This document shows, piece after piece, positions 44,821-54,952 of a stretch of DNA of 64,000 nucleotides. The DNA is taken from positions 544,001-608,000 of the forward strand of contig OY969474.1 of NCBI GenBank assembly GCA_963700145.1. The letters run 5' to 3'. How positions within the stretch are numbered: position 1 is the first letter of the stretch; each line of letters begins with the position of its first letter. The position numbers and the translations under genes were made by a program. The notes under the pieces are model-generated. The model saw only the letters and a list, made by a program, of their open reading frames with translations, was not told the origin of the DNA and searched no databases. This stretch comes from an uncultured Acidobacteriota bacterium. Lineage in GTDB: Bacteria > Acidobacteriota > Thermoanaerobaculia > Multivoradales > UBA5704.

Positions 44821-47800
44821 TGCACCCGCCCTCGGACGCGCCGCGCGCCGGCTGGATCGCGCGCGCGATCGCGGTCTCGGCGGCCAACCCGTGGCTGACC
44901 GTGCTGTTCGTCGCCGCGCTCGCGGTCTGGGGCTGGTATGCGCTCGCCCGCTCGCCGCTCGACGCCATCCCCGACCTCTCCGACGTCCAGGTCATCGTCT
45001 TCACCGAGTGGCCGGGGCAGAGCCCGGACATCGTCGAGGACCAGGTCACCTACCCGCTCGCCGCCGCGCTGCTCGCGGCGCCGCGGGTGGCCTTCGTGCG
45101 CGGCCAGTCGATGTTCGGGATGTCGTTCCTCTACGTCATCTTCGACGACGGCACCGACCTCTACTGGGCGCGTTCGCGCGTGCTCGAGTACCTCGACGAG
45201 GCGCGGGCGCGGCTGCCCGAAGGGGTGACGCCGACCCTCGGCCCCGACGCCACCGGCGTCGGCTGGGTCTACCAGTACGCGCTCGTCGACAAGAGCGGCC
45301 GCCTCGACCTCCAGGAGCTGCGCAGCCTCCAGGACTGGAACGTCCGCTTCGCCCTCGAGAGCGTCCCCGGCGTCGCCGAGGTCGCCTCGGTCGGCGGCTT
45401 CGTCAAGGAGTACCAGATCGTCGTCGACCCATTGAAGCTCGAGGCGTTCGGGATCCCGATCCAGGAGGTGGTGCGCGCGGTCCGCGAGTCCAATCAGGAG
45501 GTCGGCGGCCAGGTGCTCGAGCTGGCCGAGCACGAGGTGATGGTGCGCGGTCGCGGCTACGTCCGCGACCGGCGCGACCTCGAGCTGGTGGTGCTGCGGG
45601 CGACCGAGGCCGGCGCCCCGGTGCGCATCGCCGACATCGCCGAGGTGCGGCTCGGACCGGCGCCGCGCCGCGGGTTCGGCGAGCTGGACGGCTTGGGCGA
45701 GGCGGTCGGCGGCATCGTCGTCATGCGCTACGGCGAGAACGCGCTGGCGGTGATCGACGCCGTCGAGGAGCGCCTCGAAGAGGTGCGCGCGAGCCTCCCC
45801 GAGGGGGTCGAGCTGGTCGTCACCTACGACCGCTCGGGGCTGATCCGCGAGTCGATCGACACCCTTACCCGCACCCTGGTCGAGCAGATGCTGGTGGTCT
45901 CGCTGGTGATCGTCGCCTTCCTCCTCCACGCCAGGAGCTCCTTGGTGGCGATCGTCACCCTGCCGGTGGCGGTGCTGGTCTCGTTCATCCCGATGTCGTA
46001 TCAGGGGCTGACTATCAACATCATGTCTCTCGGCGGCATCGCCGTCGCCATCGGCGAGCTGGTCGACGCCTCGATCATCGTCATCGAGAACGTCCACAAG
46101 CGGCTCGAACGCTGGGAGGCGGGCGGCCGCGGCGAGCCGCGGCAGGCGGTGGTCGTCGCCGCGATGCAGGAGGTCGGGCCGTCGCTCTTCTTCTCGCTGC
46201 TGGTGATGACGGTCTCGTTCCTGCCGGTCTTCACGCTCCAGGGGGTCGAAGGGCGGCTGTTCCAGCCGCTCGCGTTCACCAAGTCCTACTCGATGGGCTT
46301 CGGCGCCCTGCTCGCGGTGACCCTGACCCCGGCGCTCGCCGTGCTCTTCATCCGCGGCCGCATCCGCCGCGAGGACGCGAGCCCGGTCAACCGCTGGCTG
46401 ATCCGTCTCTACACACCGGTGGTGCGCTTCGTCGTCCGCTGGCGCTGGCCAGTGGTGGCCGCGGCGGCGCTGGCGACGATCGCGACCGTCCCGGCCTTCC
46501 TCGCGCTGGAGAGCGAGTTCATGCCGCCGCTCCACGAGGGGGCGATCCTCTACATGCCGACCGCGCCGCCGGGGATGGGATCGAGCGAGGCGGTGCGCGT
46601 GCTCCAGGACATGGACCGCAAGCTCCGCGCGTTCCCCGAAGTGGTCTCGGTGTTCGGCAAGATGGGCCGCGCCGAGACCGCCACCGACCCGGCGCCGATC
46701 GGCATGGTCGAGACCGTGGTCGTGCTGAAGCCGCGGGAGGAGTGGCGCCCTGGGCTGACCTGGGACGGCCTGATCGCCGAGATGGACGCCAAGCTCTCCT
46801 ACCCCGGGATGCCCAACATCTGGTGGATGCCGATCCAGACCCGCACCGAGATGCTCTCCACCGGCATCCGCGCGCCGCTCGGGATCAAGGTGTTCGGCGA
46901 CGACCTCGCCACCATCGAGCGCGCCGCGATCGAGATCGAGGGGGTAGTCGCCGGCGTCCCGGGCACCCGCAGCGCCTTCGCCGACCGCTCGACCGGCGGC
47001 TTTTACCTCGACCTCGAGGTCGACCGCGAGGCGGCGGCGCGCTACGGCGTCCGGGTGGCCGACGTCCAGGACGCGGTCGTGACCGCGATCGGCGGCCTGG
47101 CGATCGCCGAGACCATCGAGGGGCGCCAGCGCTACCCGATCGCGGTCCGCTACGCCCGCGGCTTCCGCGACGACCCGCGCTGGCTCGAGCGCGTGCTGGT
47201 CGCCGCCCCGTCGGGTGCCCAGGTGGCGCTGCGTCAGGTGGCGCGGATCACCTTCGCCACCGGGCCGCCGATGATCCGCAGCGAGGACGGCCGGCTGGTC
47301 GGCTACGTCTTCGTCGACCCCGGCGAGCGCCCGCTCGGCGCCTATGTCGAGGAGGCGCGCCGGGCCGTGGCCGAGCGGGTGGCGCTGCCCTCCGGCGTGC
47401 GCATCGAGTGGGCCGGGCAGTTCCGCAACTACGAGCGCGCCCGTGAGCGGCTCAAGGCCGTGGTGCCGGTGACCCTGTTCCTGATCGTGCTGCTGCTCTA
47501 CCTCAACACCCGCTCGGTGGTCGAGGTCGGGATCGTGCTGCTGGCGGTGCCCTTCTCGCTGATCGGTGCGGTGTGGCTGCTCTGGCTGCTCGACTACCAC
47601 CTGAGCGTCGCGGTCTGGGTCGGGCTGATCGCACTCGCCGGGCTCGACGCCGAGACCGGAGTGGTGATGCTGCTCTACCTGAAGCTCGCCTGGCGGCGGA
47701 GGCGCGAGGAAGGACGCCTCGCGAGCTCCGAGGACCTGCGCGAGGCGATCGTCGAGGGCGCGGCGCAGCGCATCCGGCCCAAGCTGATGACCATGTTGAC

Positions 47801-48005
47801 GACGATAGTCGGCCTGCTGCCGGTCATGTGGTCCTCCGGCGCCGGTGCCGACGTGATGAAGCGGATCGCGGCGCCGATGTTCGGCGGCATCGTCACCTCG
47901 TTCCTGCTCGAGCTGACGGTCTATCCGGCGATCTTCGCGCTCTGGAAGCGGCCAGAATCCCCGGGGACCCCGGCGGCGCTCGCCGCAGCCGAGGAGGCGG
48001 CGTGA
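44820..48005 (+). CDS. cusA: CusA-type Cu/Ag RND efflux pump
   Basis: LDAIPDLSDVQVIV, GPDATGVGWVYQY, WWMPIQTRTEML, RIRPKLMT. Confidence 0.92.
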   Translation: MHPPSDAPRAGWIARAIAVSAANPWLTVLFVAALAVWGWYALARSPLDAIPDLSDVQVIVFTEWPGQSPDIVEDQVTYPLAAALLAAPRVAFVRGQSMFGMSFLYVIFDDGTDLYWARSRVLEYLDEARARLPEGVTPTLGPDATGVGWVYQYALVDKSGRLDLQELRSLQDWNVRFALESVPGVAEVASVGGFVKEYQIVVDPLKLEAFGIPIQEVVRAVRESNQEVGGQVLELAEHEVMVRGRGYVRDRRDLELVVLRATEAGAPVRIADIAEVRLGPAPRRGFGELDGLGEAVGGIVVMRYGENALAVIDAVEERLEEVRASLPEGVELVVTYDRSGLIRESIDTLTRTLVEQMLVVSLVIVAFLLHARSSLVAIVTLPVAVLVSFIPMSYQGLTINIMSLGGIAVAIGELVDASIIVIENVHKRLERWEAGGRGEPRQAVVVAAMQEVGPSLFFSLLVMTVSFLPVFTLQGVEGRLFQPLAFTKSYSMGFGALLAVTLTPALAVLFIRGRIRREDASPVNRWLIRLYTPVVRFVVRWRWPVVAAAALATIATVPAFLALESEFMPPLHEGAILYMPTAPPGMGSSEAVRVLQDMDRKLRAFPEVVSVFGKMGRAETATDPAPIGMVETVVVLKPREEWRPGLTWDGLIAEMDAKLSYPGMPNIWWMPIQTRTEMLSTGIRAPLGIKVFGDDLATIERAAIEIEGVVAGVPGTRSAFADRSTGGFYLDLEVDREAAARYGVRVADVQDAVVTAIGGLAIAETIEGRQRYPIAVRYARGFRDDPRWLERVLVAAPSGAQVALRQVARITFATGPPMIRSEDGRLVGYVFVDPGERPLGAYVEEARRAVAERVALPSGVRIEWAGQFRNYERARERLKAVVPVTLFLIVLLLYLNTRSVVEVGIVLLAVPFSLIGAVWLLWLLDYHLSVAVWVGLIALAGLDAETGVVMLLYLKLAWRRRREEGRLASSEDLREAIVEGAAQRIRPKLMTMLTTIVGLLPVMWSSGAGADVMKRIAAPMFGGIVTSFLLELTVYPAIFALWKRPESPGTPAALAAAEEAA

Positions 48006-48051
48006 GGAACCCGAACGCCTTCGCTCTTGGATTCACACAAAGGAGAACCGC

Positions 48052-48582
48052 ATGATCCGACGACTTGCCGGCCCCCTCTTCGTGTTCCTGCTGGTCGCGC
48101 TCCCGGCTGCCCGCGGCCACGCTCAGACCGCCCGCTCCAGCGGCCCCTTCCAAGGCCTCGATCAAATACGTCTTTCGACCGCGGTCGGCGGTCCCCTGGA
48201 TAAGCGGGGAGGCACGGAACCGCAACTGTTCGCGGGCGATCTGAACCGTTTCAATCGCTTCGAGCTGGCCCTGACGACCGCCGTGACCGCCAAGCTGGAC
48301 TCCTGCGGGATCTTTGTGTATTCGGAAGCGCCCGACGAGCTCTCGGTCGAGGTGTTCGGGCGCCTCGAAGAGCTCCGGCAATGTACGCCGCGATACGTCT
48401 ACATGATCCAGGCCAAGGTCCTCAAGTCGAACCCGAGAGCCCCCCAGGCAGAGCGCGAGACCGTCACCCTTCGCCCGGTCATCGGTCTCGCCGACGAGGC
48501 CGGGCTCGAGCGAGCCTTGATCGACGCCGCCGTCGCCGCCGTCGCCGGCGAGCTTCGGGGCTGTCGTCGCAAGCCCGGATAG
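48052..48582 (+). CDS. Hypothetical exported protein
   Basis: RBS AAGGAG, signal-peptide-like N-terminus. Confidence 0.6.
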   Translation: MIRRLAGPLFVFLLVALPAARGHAQTARSSGPFQGLDQIRLSTAVGGPLDKRGGTEPQLFAGDLNRFNRFELALTTAVTAKLDSCGIFVYSEAPDELSVEVFGRLEELRQCTPRYVYMIQAKVLKSNPRAPQAERETVTLRPVIGLADEAGLERALIDAAVAAVAGELRGCRRKPG

Positions 48583-48689
48583 TCGCGCCTCCGTCCCGGT
48601 TAAGCCCCGTGCGAGCACTCGAGAATAGAAGCGGAAGTCTTGGTGTGTGAAGCCTGCCGCAGCAGGCGAATCGCGGGCGCGATGCTGCG

Positions 48690-50153
48690 ATGGCCACAGA
48701 AGCTACTCGTATTCCCAGCAACCGAGCCTTAGGCGAGGGCTCGAGCGCGCCTTCCCGGTCCCAGCCGGAAGCGGTGGGCGCTCGCTCGGCCACGGGGCGT
48801 GTCCTGGTCGTGGACGACGACCCGGGGACCTGTTGCACGCTGCAGGCGCTGCTGGAGAGCGAGGGTTACCGTGTCGCCACGGCGGGTAACGCCTTCCGGG
48901 GACTGGAGCGGCTGGGCGCGTTCCGCCCGCAGGTCGTTCTCACCGAGCTGCGCCTGCCCGGCCTCGACGGCCTGGCTTTCATGGAGAAGGTCAACGCCGC
49001 CTCGCCGGCGACCCAGGTGGTGGTGATGACCGGGCACGGGTCGGTCGCCGTGGCCGTCGAAGCGATGAAGCGCGGCGCCGACGATTTTCTGGAGAAGCCG
49101 TTCGACCTGAAGGTGCTGGGCCGCACGCTGCGCGACGCGATGGAGCGAGCCTCCCTGCTCGAGGAGGCCGGGGCTGGCGCGGGGCTCGACGGCGGCGCCG
49201 CGGCGCGCCTCGGGGTGGTCGGCGATCACGCGTCGATGGGCGCCGTCCTCCACCGGGCGGAGCAGGTCGCCCGGAGCCGGGCCACCGTCCTGCTCACCGG
49301 CGAGAGCGGCACCGGCAAGAGCCTCCTGGCGGAGACCATTCATCGCCTCTCCGGACGCACCAAGGCGCCCTTCGTGGAGGTGAGCTGCGCGGCCCTCTCC
49401 GAGTCGCTCTTGGAGTCGGAGCTGTTCGGCCACGAGCGGGGCGCCTTCACCGGCGCCATCTCCCGTCACGAGGGGCGCTTCAAGCGCGCCGACGGCGGGA
49501 CCCTGTTCCTCGACGAGATCGGGGCGTGCTCCCTGGCCACGCAGGTGAAGCTGTTGGGATTCCTCCAGACCCGGCGGTTCGAGCGCGTCGGCGGCCGCGA
49601 GATGCTGAGCGTCGACGTGCGGCTGATGGCGGCGACCAACCGCGACCTGCGCGAAGAGGTGGCGGCAGGCCGTTTCCGCGAGGACCTCTACTACCGTCTC
49701 AACGTCTTCTGCATCCAGCTCCCGTCTCTGCGGCTCCGGCGCAGCGACATCCCGGCCCTGGCGTCGAGCTTCCTGACGCGGTTCGCCGCCGAGAACGAGC
49801 GGCGGATCGACGGGTTCTCCCGCCGGGCGCTGGAGCGGCTGCTGGCCTACGACTGGCCGGGCAACGTGCGAGAGCTCGAGCACGCCGTCGAGCACGCCAC
49901 CGTCGTGGCGCGAGGTCGCCTGGTGATGCCGCAGGACCTGCCGGATTGGGTGGGCTCGGTGCCTCGCGACCCGCTGGAGGTGACGATCCCCGGCAGCACG
50001 CTGGCCGATATCGAGCGGGCCGCGATCCTCAAGAGCATGTTGGCCGCCGGGGGGAGGGCGGCCGACGCGGCCGCAATGTTGGGCATCTCCAAGAGCAAGA
50101 TCTACTCCCGCCTCCACGACTATGGCCGCGGGGACTCGGCCGGGGACAGCTAG
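48690..50153 (+). CDS. NtrC-family sigma54-dependent activator (REC-AAA-HTH), atypical receiver
   Basis: VLVVDDD, GESGTGKS, ESELFGHERGAFTGA, LFLDEIG, WPGNVREL, Fis-type HTH. Confidence 0.93.
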   Translation: MATEATRIPSNRALGEGSSAPSRSQPEAVGARSATGRVLVVDDDPGTCCTLQALLESEGYRVATAGNAFRGLERLGAFRPQVVLTELRLPGLDGLAFMEKVNAASPATQVVVMTGHGSVAVAVEAMKRGADDFLEKPFDLKVLGRTLRDAMERASLLEEAGAGAGLDGGAAARLGVVGDHASMGAVLHRAEQVARSRATVLLTGESGTGKSLLAETIHRLSGRTKAPFVEVSCAALSESLLESELFGHERGAFTGAISRHEGRFKRADGGTLFLDEIGACSLATQVKLLGFLQTRRFERVGGREMLSVDVRLMAATNRDLREEVAAGRFREDLYYRLNVFCIQLPSLRLRRSDIPALASSFLTRFAAENERRIDGFSRRALERLLAYDWPGNVRELEHAVEHATVVARGRLVMPQDLPDWVGSVPRDPLEVTIPGSTLADIERAAILKSMLAAGGRAADAAAMLGISKSKIYSRLHDYGRGDSAGDS

Positions 50154-50154
50154 G

Positions 50155-52413
50155 GTGTACCGCGGAGCTCCCGTTCGGGAACTGATCGTGTGCCTGGCCA
50201 TCGCGGTGCTGGCGCCGGGCGGAACGGCCGCGGCGGCGGTCGGCGGCGGGGGAGTGCGACTACGGGGTGCCGTCGTCGACCCGGTCGGGGGCGCGATCGG
50301 CGGCGCGGTGGTCACCGCGGTGGAGCTCGCGACCGGGAAGCAAACCGCCGCGACCGCGGACGAGCGCGGCCGCTACCGGCTCGAGCTGGCTCCGGGCCGC
50401 TACCGGGTGGAGGCGGTGGCGGCGCACTTCGCGCCGGCGGCCCAGGAGGTCGTCCTCGCCGGCGACGAGGTGCTCGACTTCAAGCTCCCGCTCGCCCGGA
50501 TCTACGACTCGGTCCAGGTCGTCGAGCGCTCGCGCGGCGAGCTGCTGGCCGTGCCCGGCGGTGTCGCCGACGTCGGCGCGGCGGACATCGAGGAAGCCGG
50601 CTACGGCAACGTCTCTGAGGCGCTCAGGCTGCAGCCCGGGGTGATGGCGCGGTCGCGCTTCGGCGCCGACGAGGTGCAGCTCAGCGTGCGCGGCTCCGGG
50701 CTGCGCAACAACTTCCACACGCGGGGCGTCAACCTGCTGTTCAACGGGCGCCCGTACATGGACGCCGACGGCTTCGGCGACTTCGAGTCGCTCGACCTGA
50801 TGGCGACCGAGCGGATCGAGCTGTGGAAGGGGGCCAACGCACTGCGCTTCGGCGGCAACCAGGCCGGCGGCGCGATCAACTTCGTCACTCCGACCGGCGA
50901 GACCGCGCCCGAGCTGACGGTGCGGGCGCTCGGCGGATCGTTCGGCCTGCTCAAGGCCCAGGTCGCGTCGGGCGGCGTGCGGGGACCGCTCGGCTACTAT
51001 GCCAGCTTCAGCACCACCAAGAGCGACGGCTACCGCGACCACTCGGCCCAGCAGCGCCGCCGGCTGTTCTCGAACCTCGAGTGGGAGCTGTCGGCGGACA
51101 CCGACCTGCGCTTCGACCTGGTCTACGCCGGCGTCTCCGAGCAGCTGCCGGGCGCGCTGACGCGGGCGGAGTTCGCGGCCGATCCGCGCCAGGCCGACCC
51201 CGGCAACCGGGCCAACCGGTTCGGGCGCGACTACGACTTCGTCCACGCCGCCTTCGCCCTCGACCACCGGCTGGACGACGAGAACGTCATCGCGGTCAGC
51301 GTCCACGGCCACGTCCGCGACGTCGTCCATCCGATCTTCCAGATCCTCGACCAGGACCAGCGGACGGTGGGAGCCGACGTCGCCTGGCGGCGCACCGGCG
51401 GGCGCACGCGCCTCCTGCTCGGCATCGCGCCCCAGGGCGGCGGCAACCAGGAGGAGCGCTTCGCCAACCTCGGCGGCGAGCGCGGCGCGCCGACCGCGCG
51501 GTTCGCGACCGACGTCGTCAACCTCGGCGCCTACGGCGAGCTGCAGCTCGACGTCACCGAGCGGCTGGCGCTGGTCGCCGGCGGGCGCTGGGACTCGTCG
51601 CGGCGGGAGTTCGACGATCGCTTCCTCGCCGACGGCGACCGCTCGGACGTGCGCACCTTCGAGGCGCTCTCGCCCAAGCTCGGCGCGGTCTGGACCTCGG
51701 GGTCGGGGATCCAGGTCTTCGGCAACGTCAGCCGGGCCTACGAGCCGCCGCTGCTGCTCGAGCTGACGAGCTTCGGCAGCAACGCCGGCTTCATCGACCT
51801 CGAGGCCCAGGACGTCCGGCAGGTCGAGCTCGGCACCCGCGGGGCGCATGGGTCGGTGGTGTGGGACGTGGCGCTGTTCGACTGGGAGGTCGGCAACGAG
51901 ATCGTCAACGTCAACCTCCAGCCGTTCCCGGGGGCGCCGTTCACGATCCCGTCGTACCGCAACGCCGAGCGGACCCGCCATCTCGGGCTCGAGGTCGGCG
52001 GCGCGGTCGCCTTGGGCGACGTCACCTGGCGCGGCGCCTACACCTGGTCGCGCTTCACCTACGTCGGCGATCCCGAGTTCGGCGACAACGACCTGCCGGG
52101 GGCGCCGGAGCACGCCCTCTACACCGAGCTGCGCTGGCAGCACTCGTCGGGCTTCTGGATCGCGCCCAACCTCGACGCCAGCCTCTCGCCCTACTACGTC
52201 GACTCGGCCAACACCACCGAGAACGACCGCTTCGTCCTGCTCGGCTTGAAGGCCGGCGTCCCCATCGGCCGCGTGGAGCTGTCGTTGGAGGCGTCGAACC
52301 TGACAGGTGAGGCCTACTCGGGCTCGGTCCAGGTCGACAACGCGCTCGGACGCTACCTCGAGCCGGGCAACGAACGGGCGCTCCACGTCGGGCTCGGCTG
52401 GTGGCATGACTAG
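50155..52413 (+). CDS. TonB-dependent receptor (start uncertain)
   Basis: N-terminal CarboxypepD_reg-like domain, plug LSVRGSG...GVNLLFNG...IELWKGANA, beta-barrel with aromatic C-terminus. Confidence 0.88.
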   Translation: MYRGAPVRELIVCLAIAVLAPGGTAAAAVGGGGVRLRGAVVDPVGGAIGGAVVTAVELATGKQTAATADERGRYRLELAPGRYRVEAVAAHFAPAAQEVVLAGDEVLDFKLPLARIYDSVQVVERSRGELLAVPGGVADVGAADIEEAGYGNVSEALRLQPGVMARSRFGADEVQLSVRGSGLRNNFHTRGVNLLFNGRPYMDADGFGDFESLDLMATERIELWKGANALRFGGNQAGGAINFVTPTGETAPELTVRALGGSFGLLKAQVASGGVRGPLGYYASFSTTKSDGYRDHSAQQRRRLFSNLEWELSADTDLRFDLVYAGVSEQLPGALTRAEFAADPRQADPGNRANRFGRDYDFVHAAFALDHRLDDENVIAVSVHGHVRDVVHPIFQILDQDQRTVGADVAWRRTGGRTRLLLGIAPQGGGNQEERFANLGGERGAPTARFATDVVNLGAYGELQLDVTERLALVAGGRWDSSRREFDDRFLADGDRSDVRTFEALSPKLGAVWTSGSGIQVFGNVSRAYEPPLLLELTSFGSNAGFIDLEAQDVRQVELGTRGAHGSVVWDVALFDWEVGNEIVNVNLQPFPGAPFTIPSYRNAERTRHLGLEVGGAVALGDVTWRGAYTWSRFTYVGDPEFGDNDLPGAPEHALYTELRWQHSSGFWIAPNLDASLSPYYVDSANTTENDRFVLLGLKAGVPIGRVELSLEASNLTGEAYSGSVQVDNALGRYLEPGNERALHVGLGWWHD

Positions 52414-53155
52414 CGTTCGCCCGCTGCTCCTGCTGCTCTCCCTCGCCGCACCGGCCGCCGCCGAGGAGGTAGTCGTCGCCGTCGCCGCCAACTTCACCGA
52501 GGTCGTGGAGCGGCTCGAAGCCGACTTCGAGCGCGACAGCGGGCACACTTTGTCCGTCGTGGCCGGGTCCACCGGCAAGCTCTACGCCCAGATCGCCAAC
52601 GGCGCCCCGTTCGACGTCTTCCTCTCCGCCGACCAGGAGAGGCCCGAGCGGCTGGAGAAGGAACGCCTGGCGGTTGCCGGCTCGCGCTTCACCTACGCCA
52701 CCGGGCGCCTAGCGCTGTGGAGCTCCGAGCCCGGCCGCGTCGGCGGCGACGGCGCGGCCACGCTGCGTCAGGGGGAGTTCCGCCGGCTGGCGATCGCCAA
52801 TCCCGCCCTGGCTCCCTACGGCGCGGCGGCGAAGGAGACGCTCGAGAAGCTCGGCCTCTGGGAGCGCTTCAAGGAGAGGATCGTCATGGGCGAGACGATC
52901 GGTCAGGCGCACACCCTCGTCGCCTCCGGCAACGCGGAGCTCGGCTTCGTCGCGCTCTCCTCCCTGCTCAGTCCGCGGAGCGAGGCCAAGGGCAGTCGCT
53001 GGGACGTGCCTCCCGGGCTGCACGCGCCGATTCACCAGGACGCCGTCCTGCTCACCAGAGCCGCCGGCAACGCCGCGGCACGGGGCTTCCTCGACTTGCT
53101 GCGCAGCGAGAAGGCCAAGGCCGTCATCCGCAGCTACGGCTACAGGATCGATTGA
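52406..53155 (+). CDS. modA: Molybdate ABC transporter substrate-binding protein
   Basis: VAVAANF, GSTGKLYAQIANGAPFDVFLSAD, ANPALAPYG. Confidence 0.93.
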   Translation: MTSVRPLLLLLSLAAPAAAEEVVVAVAANFTEVVERLEADFERDSGHTLSVVAGSTGKLYAQIANGAPFDVFLSADQERPERLEKERLAVAGSRFTYATGRLALWSSEPGRVGGDGAATLRQGEFRRLAIANPALAPYGAAAKETLEKLGLWERFKERIVMGETIGQAHTLVASGNAELGFVALSSLLSPRSEAKGSRWDVPPGLHAPIHQDAVLLTRAAGNAAARGFLDLLRSEKAKAVIRSYGYRID

Positions 53156-53157
53156 CG

Positions 53158-53844
53158 ATGGAGCTGCGGCACCTGCCGGACCTCGGTCCGCTCTGGCTCA
53201 CCCTGCGCCTGGCCGCCTCGGCGACCGGCATCCTCCTGCTCGTCGGCACCCCGATCGCGTGGTGGCTGGTGAGGACGAGGTCCCGCTTTCGGCCGGCCTT
53301 CGAGGCGGTCATCGCGCTGCCGCTCGTGCTGCCGCCGACGGTGCTCGGCTTCTATCTGCTGCTGCTTCTCGGGCCGAGGTCCACGCTGGGCGGCCTCTGG
53401 GTGCGGCTGACCGACAGCACCCTGACGTTTTCGTTCGGCGGGCTGCTCATCGCCTCGGTGCTCTACTCGATGCCGTTCATGGTGCAGCCGCTGCAGAGCG
53501 CGTTCGAGACCGTCAGCCGCGAGCCGATGGAAGCGGCGGCCACTCTCCGCGCCGCGCCGCTCGACGCCTTCTTCACCGTCGTGGTGCCGCTGTCGATCCG
53601 CGGCTTCCTCACCGCGGCGGTGCTCACCTTCGCCCACACGCTCGGCGAGTTCGGTGTCGTGCTCATGGTGGGCGGCAACATCCCGGGCAAGACGCGGGTG
53701 ATCTCGATCGCCATCTACGAGCACGTGGAGACCCTCCGCTATGCAGACGCGCACGCTCTCTCGGCCATTCTCCTGGTCTTCTCGTTCGTGGTCCTGGCCG
53801 TGGTCTATACCGTCAATCGCACCCTCCCCCTCCACCTCCGATGA
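53158..53844 (+). CDS. modB: Molybdate ABC permease
   Basis: LPLVLPPTVLGFYLL, FAHTLGEFGVVLMVGGNIPGKT. Confidence 0.95.
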   Translation: MELRHLPDLGPLWLTLRLAASATGILLLVGTPIAWWLVRTRSRFRPAFEAVIALPLVLPPTVLGFYLLLLLGPRSTLGGLWVRLTDSTLTFSFGGLLIASVLYSMPFMVQPLQSAFETVSREPMEAAATLRAAPLDAFFTVVVPLSIRGFLTAAVLTFAHTLGEFGVVLMVGGNIPGKTRVISIAIYEHVETLRYADAHALSAILLVFSFVVLAVVYTVNRTLPLHLR

Positions 53845-54934
53845 CGCGCTGGTCTTCGACCTGCGGGTGCGCCTCGGCGACTTCGAGCTCGACGTCGCCG
53901 GCGAGATCGACACCGGCCGGGTGACCGCGATCTTCGGGCCGAGCGGCAGCGGCAAGAGCACTCTCCTGCGCATCCTGGCCGGCCTCGAGCGGAGCGCCAG
54001 CGGACGTCTGTCGCTCGGCCGCGAGGTCTGGCTCGACAGCGCTCGCGGGCTCGACGTCCCGGCGCACCGCCGGCCGGTCGGCTACATGTTCCAGGAGGCG
54101 CGGCTGTTCCCTCACCTGACCGCGGAAGGCAACCTCCGCTATGCTGCGCGCAGGGCGAGATGCGAACGGCAGGTCGTCACCTTCGACGAGGTGGTGGACG
54201 CTCTGGACCTCGAGCCGCTTCTGCCGCGGCGGACGTCGAGCCTGTCGGGAGGGGAGCGCCAGCGGGTCGCCCTCGGCCGCACGCTGCTCGCTCAGCCGCG
54301 GCTGCTCCTGCTCGACGAGCCCATATCCGCGCTCGACACCTCACGCAAGATGGAGATCCTGCCGTACCTCGAAGCGCTCCACCCCCGTTTCGGCATCCCC
54401 ACTCTCTACGTGAGCCACTCCGTCGACGAAGTCGCCCTGTTGGCGGACCGCATTCTCGTCCTGGCCGGAGGGCGGGTGGCGGCGAAAGGCCGCACCGCCG
54501 AGATCTTCGAGCGTCTCGACCTCGGGTCGATCGCCGACCGCCGCGGCGCCGCCACCGTCGTCGAGGCGAGGGTCATGCGCCACGACCCCGAGTATCGCCT
54601 GACGTGGCTCGATCTGGCGGGGCAGACGTTGGTGGTTCCGCAGCGCGAGCACTTCGCCGAGGGCGAGGAGGCGTGCGTGGTCATCCGCGCGCGCGACGTC
54701 TCGCTGGCGACCGTTCGCCCGCAGCGCGTGAGCATCCAGAACATCCTCCAGGGTCGAGTGTGCGAGGTGCGAGAGCGCGAGGGCTCGGCATTCGCCGAGG
54801 TCTCGGTCGAGCTCGGGCCGCACCGCCTCCTCGCCCGCATCACGCGCCTGTCGCTGCGCGAGCTCGAGCTCGGCGTCGGCTCGCCGGTCTTCGCCCTGTT
54901 GAAAAGCGTGAGTCTCTCGAAACAGCGGGCGTAG
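53741..54934 (+). CDS. modC: Molybdate ABC ATPase with TOBE domain (start uncertain; homology begins ~53840)
   Basis: GPSGSGKST, FQEARLFPHL, LSGGERQRV, SIQNILQG, VFALLKSV. Confidence 0.92.
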   Translation: MQTRTLSRPFSWSSRSWSWPWSIPSIAPSPSTSDDALVFDLRVRLGDFELDVAGEIDTGRVTAIFGPSGSGKSTLLRILAGLERSASGRLSLGREVWLDSARGLDVPAHRRPVGYMFQEARLFPHLTAEGNLRYAARRARCERQVVTFDEVVDALDLEPLLPRRTSSLSGGERQRVALGRTLLAQPRLLLLDEPISALDTSRKMEILPYLEALHPRFGIPTLYVSHSVDEVALLADRILVLAGGRVAAKGRTAEIFERLDLGSIADRRGAATVVEARVMRHDPEYRLTWLDLAGQTLVVPQREHFAEGEEACVVIRARDVSLATVRPQRVSIQNILQGRVCEVREREGSAFAEVSVELGPHRLLARITRLSLRELELGVGSPVFALLKSVSLSKQRA

Positions 54935-54952
54935 CCGCCCCGAAAGGAAACG

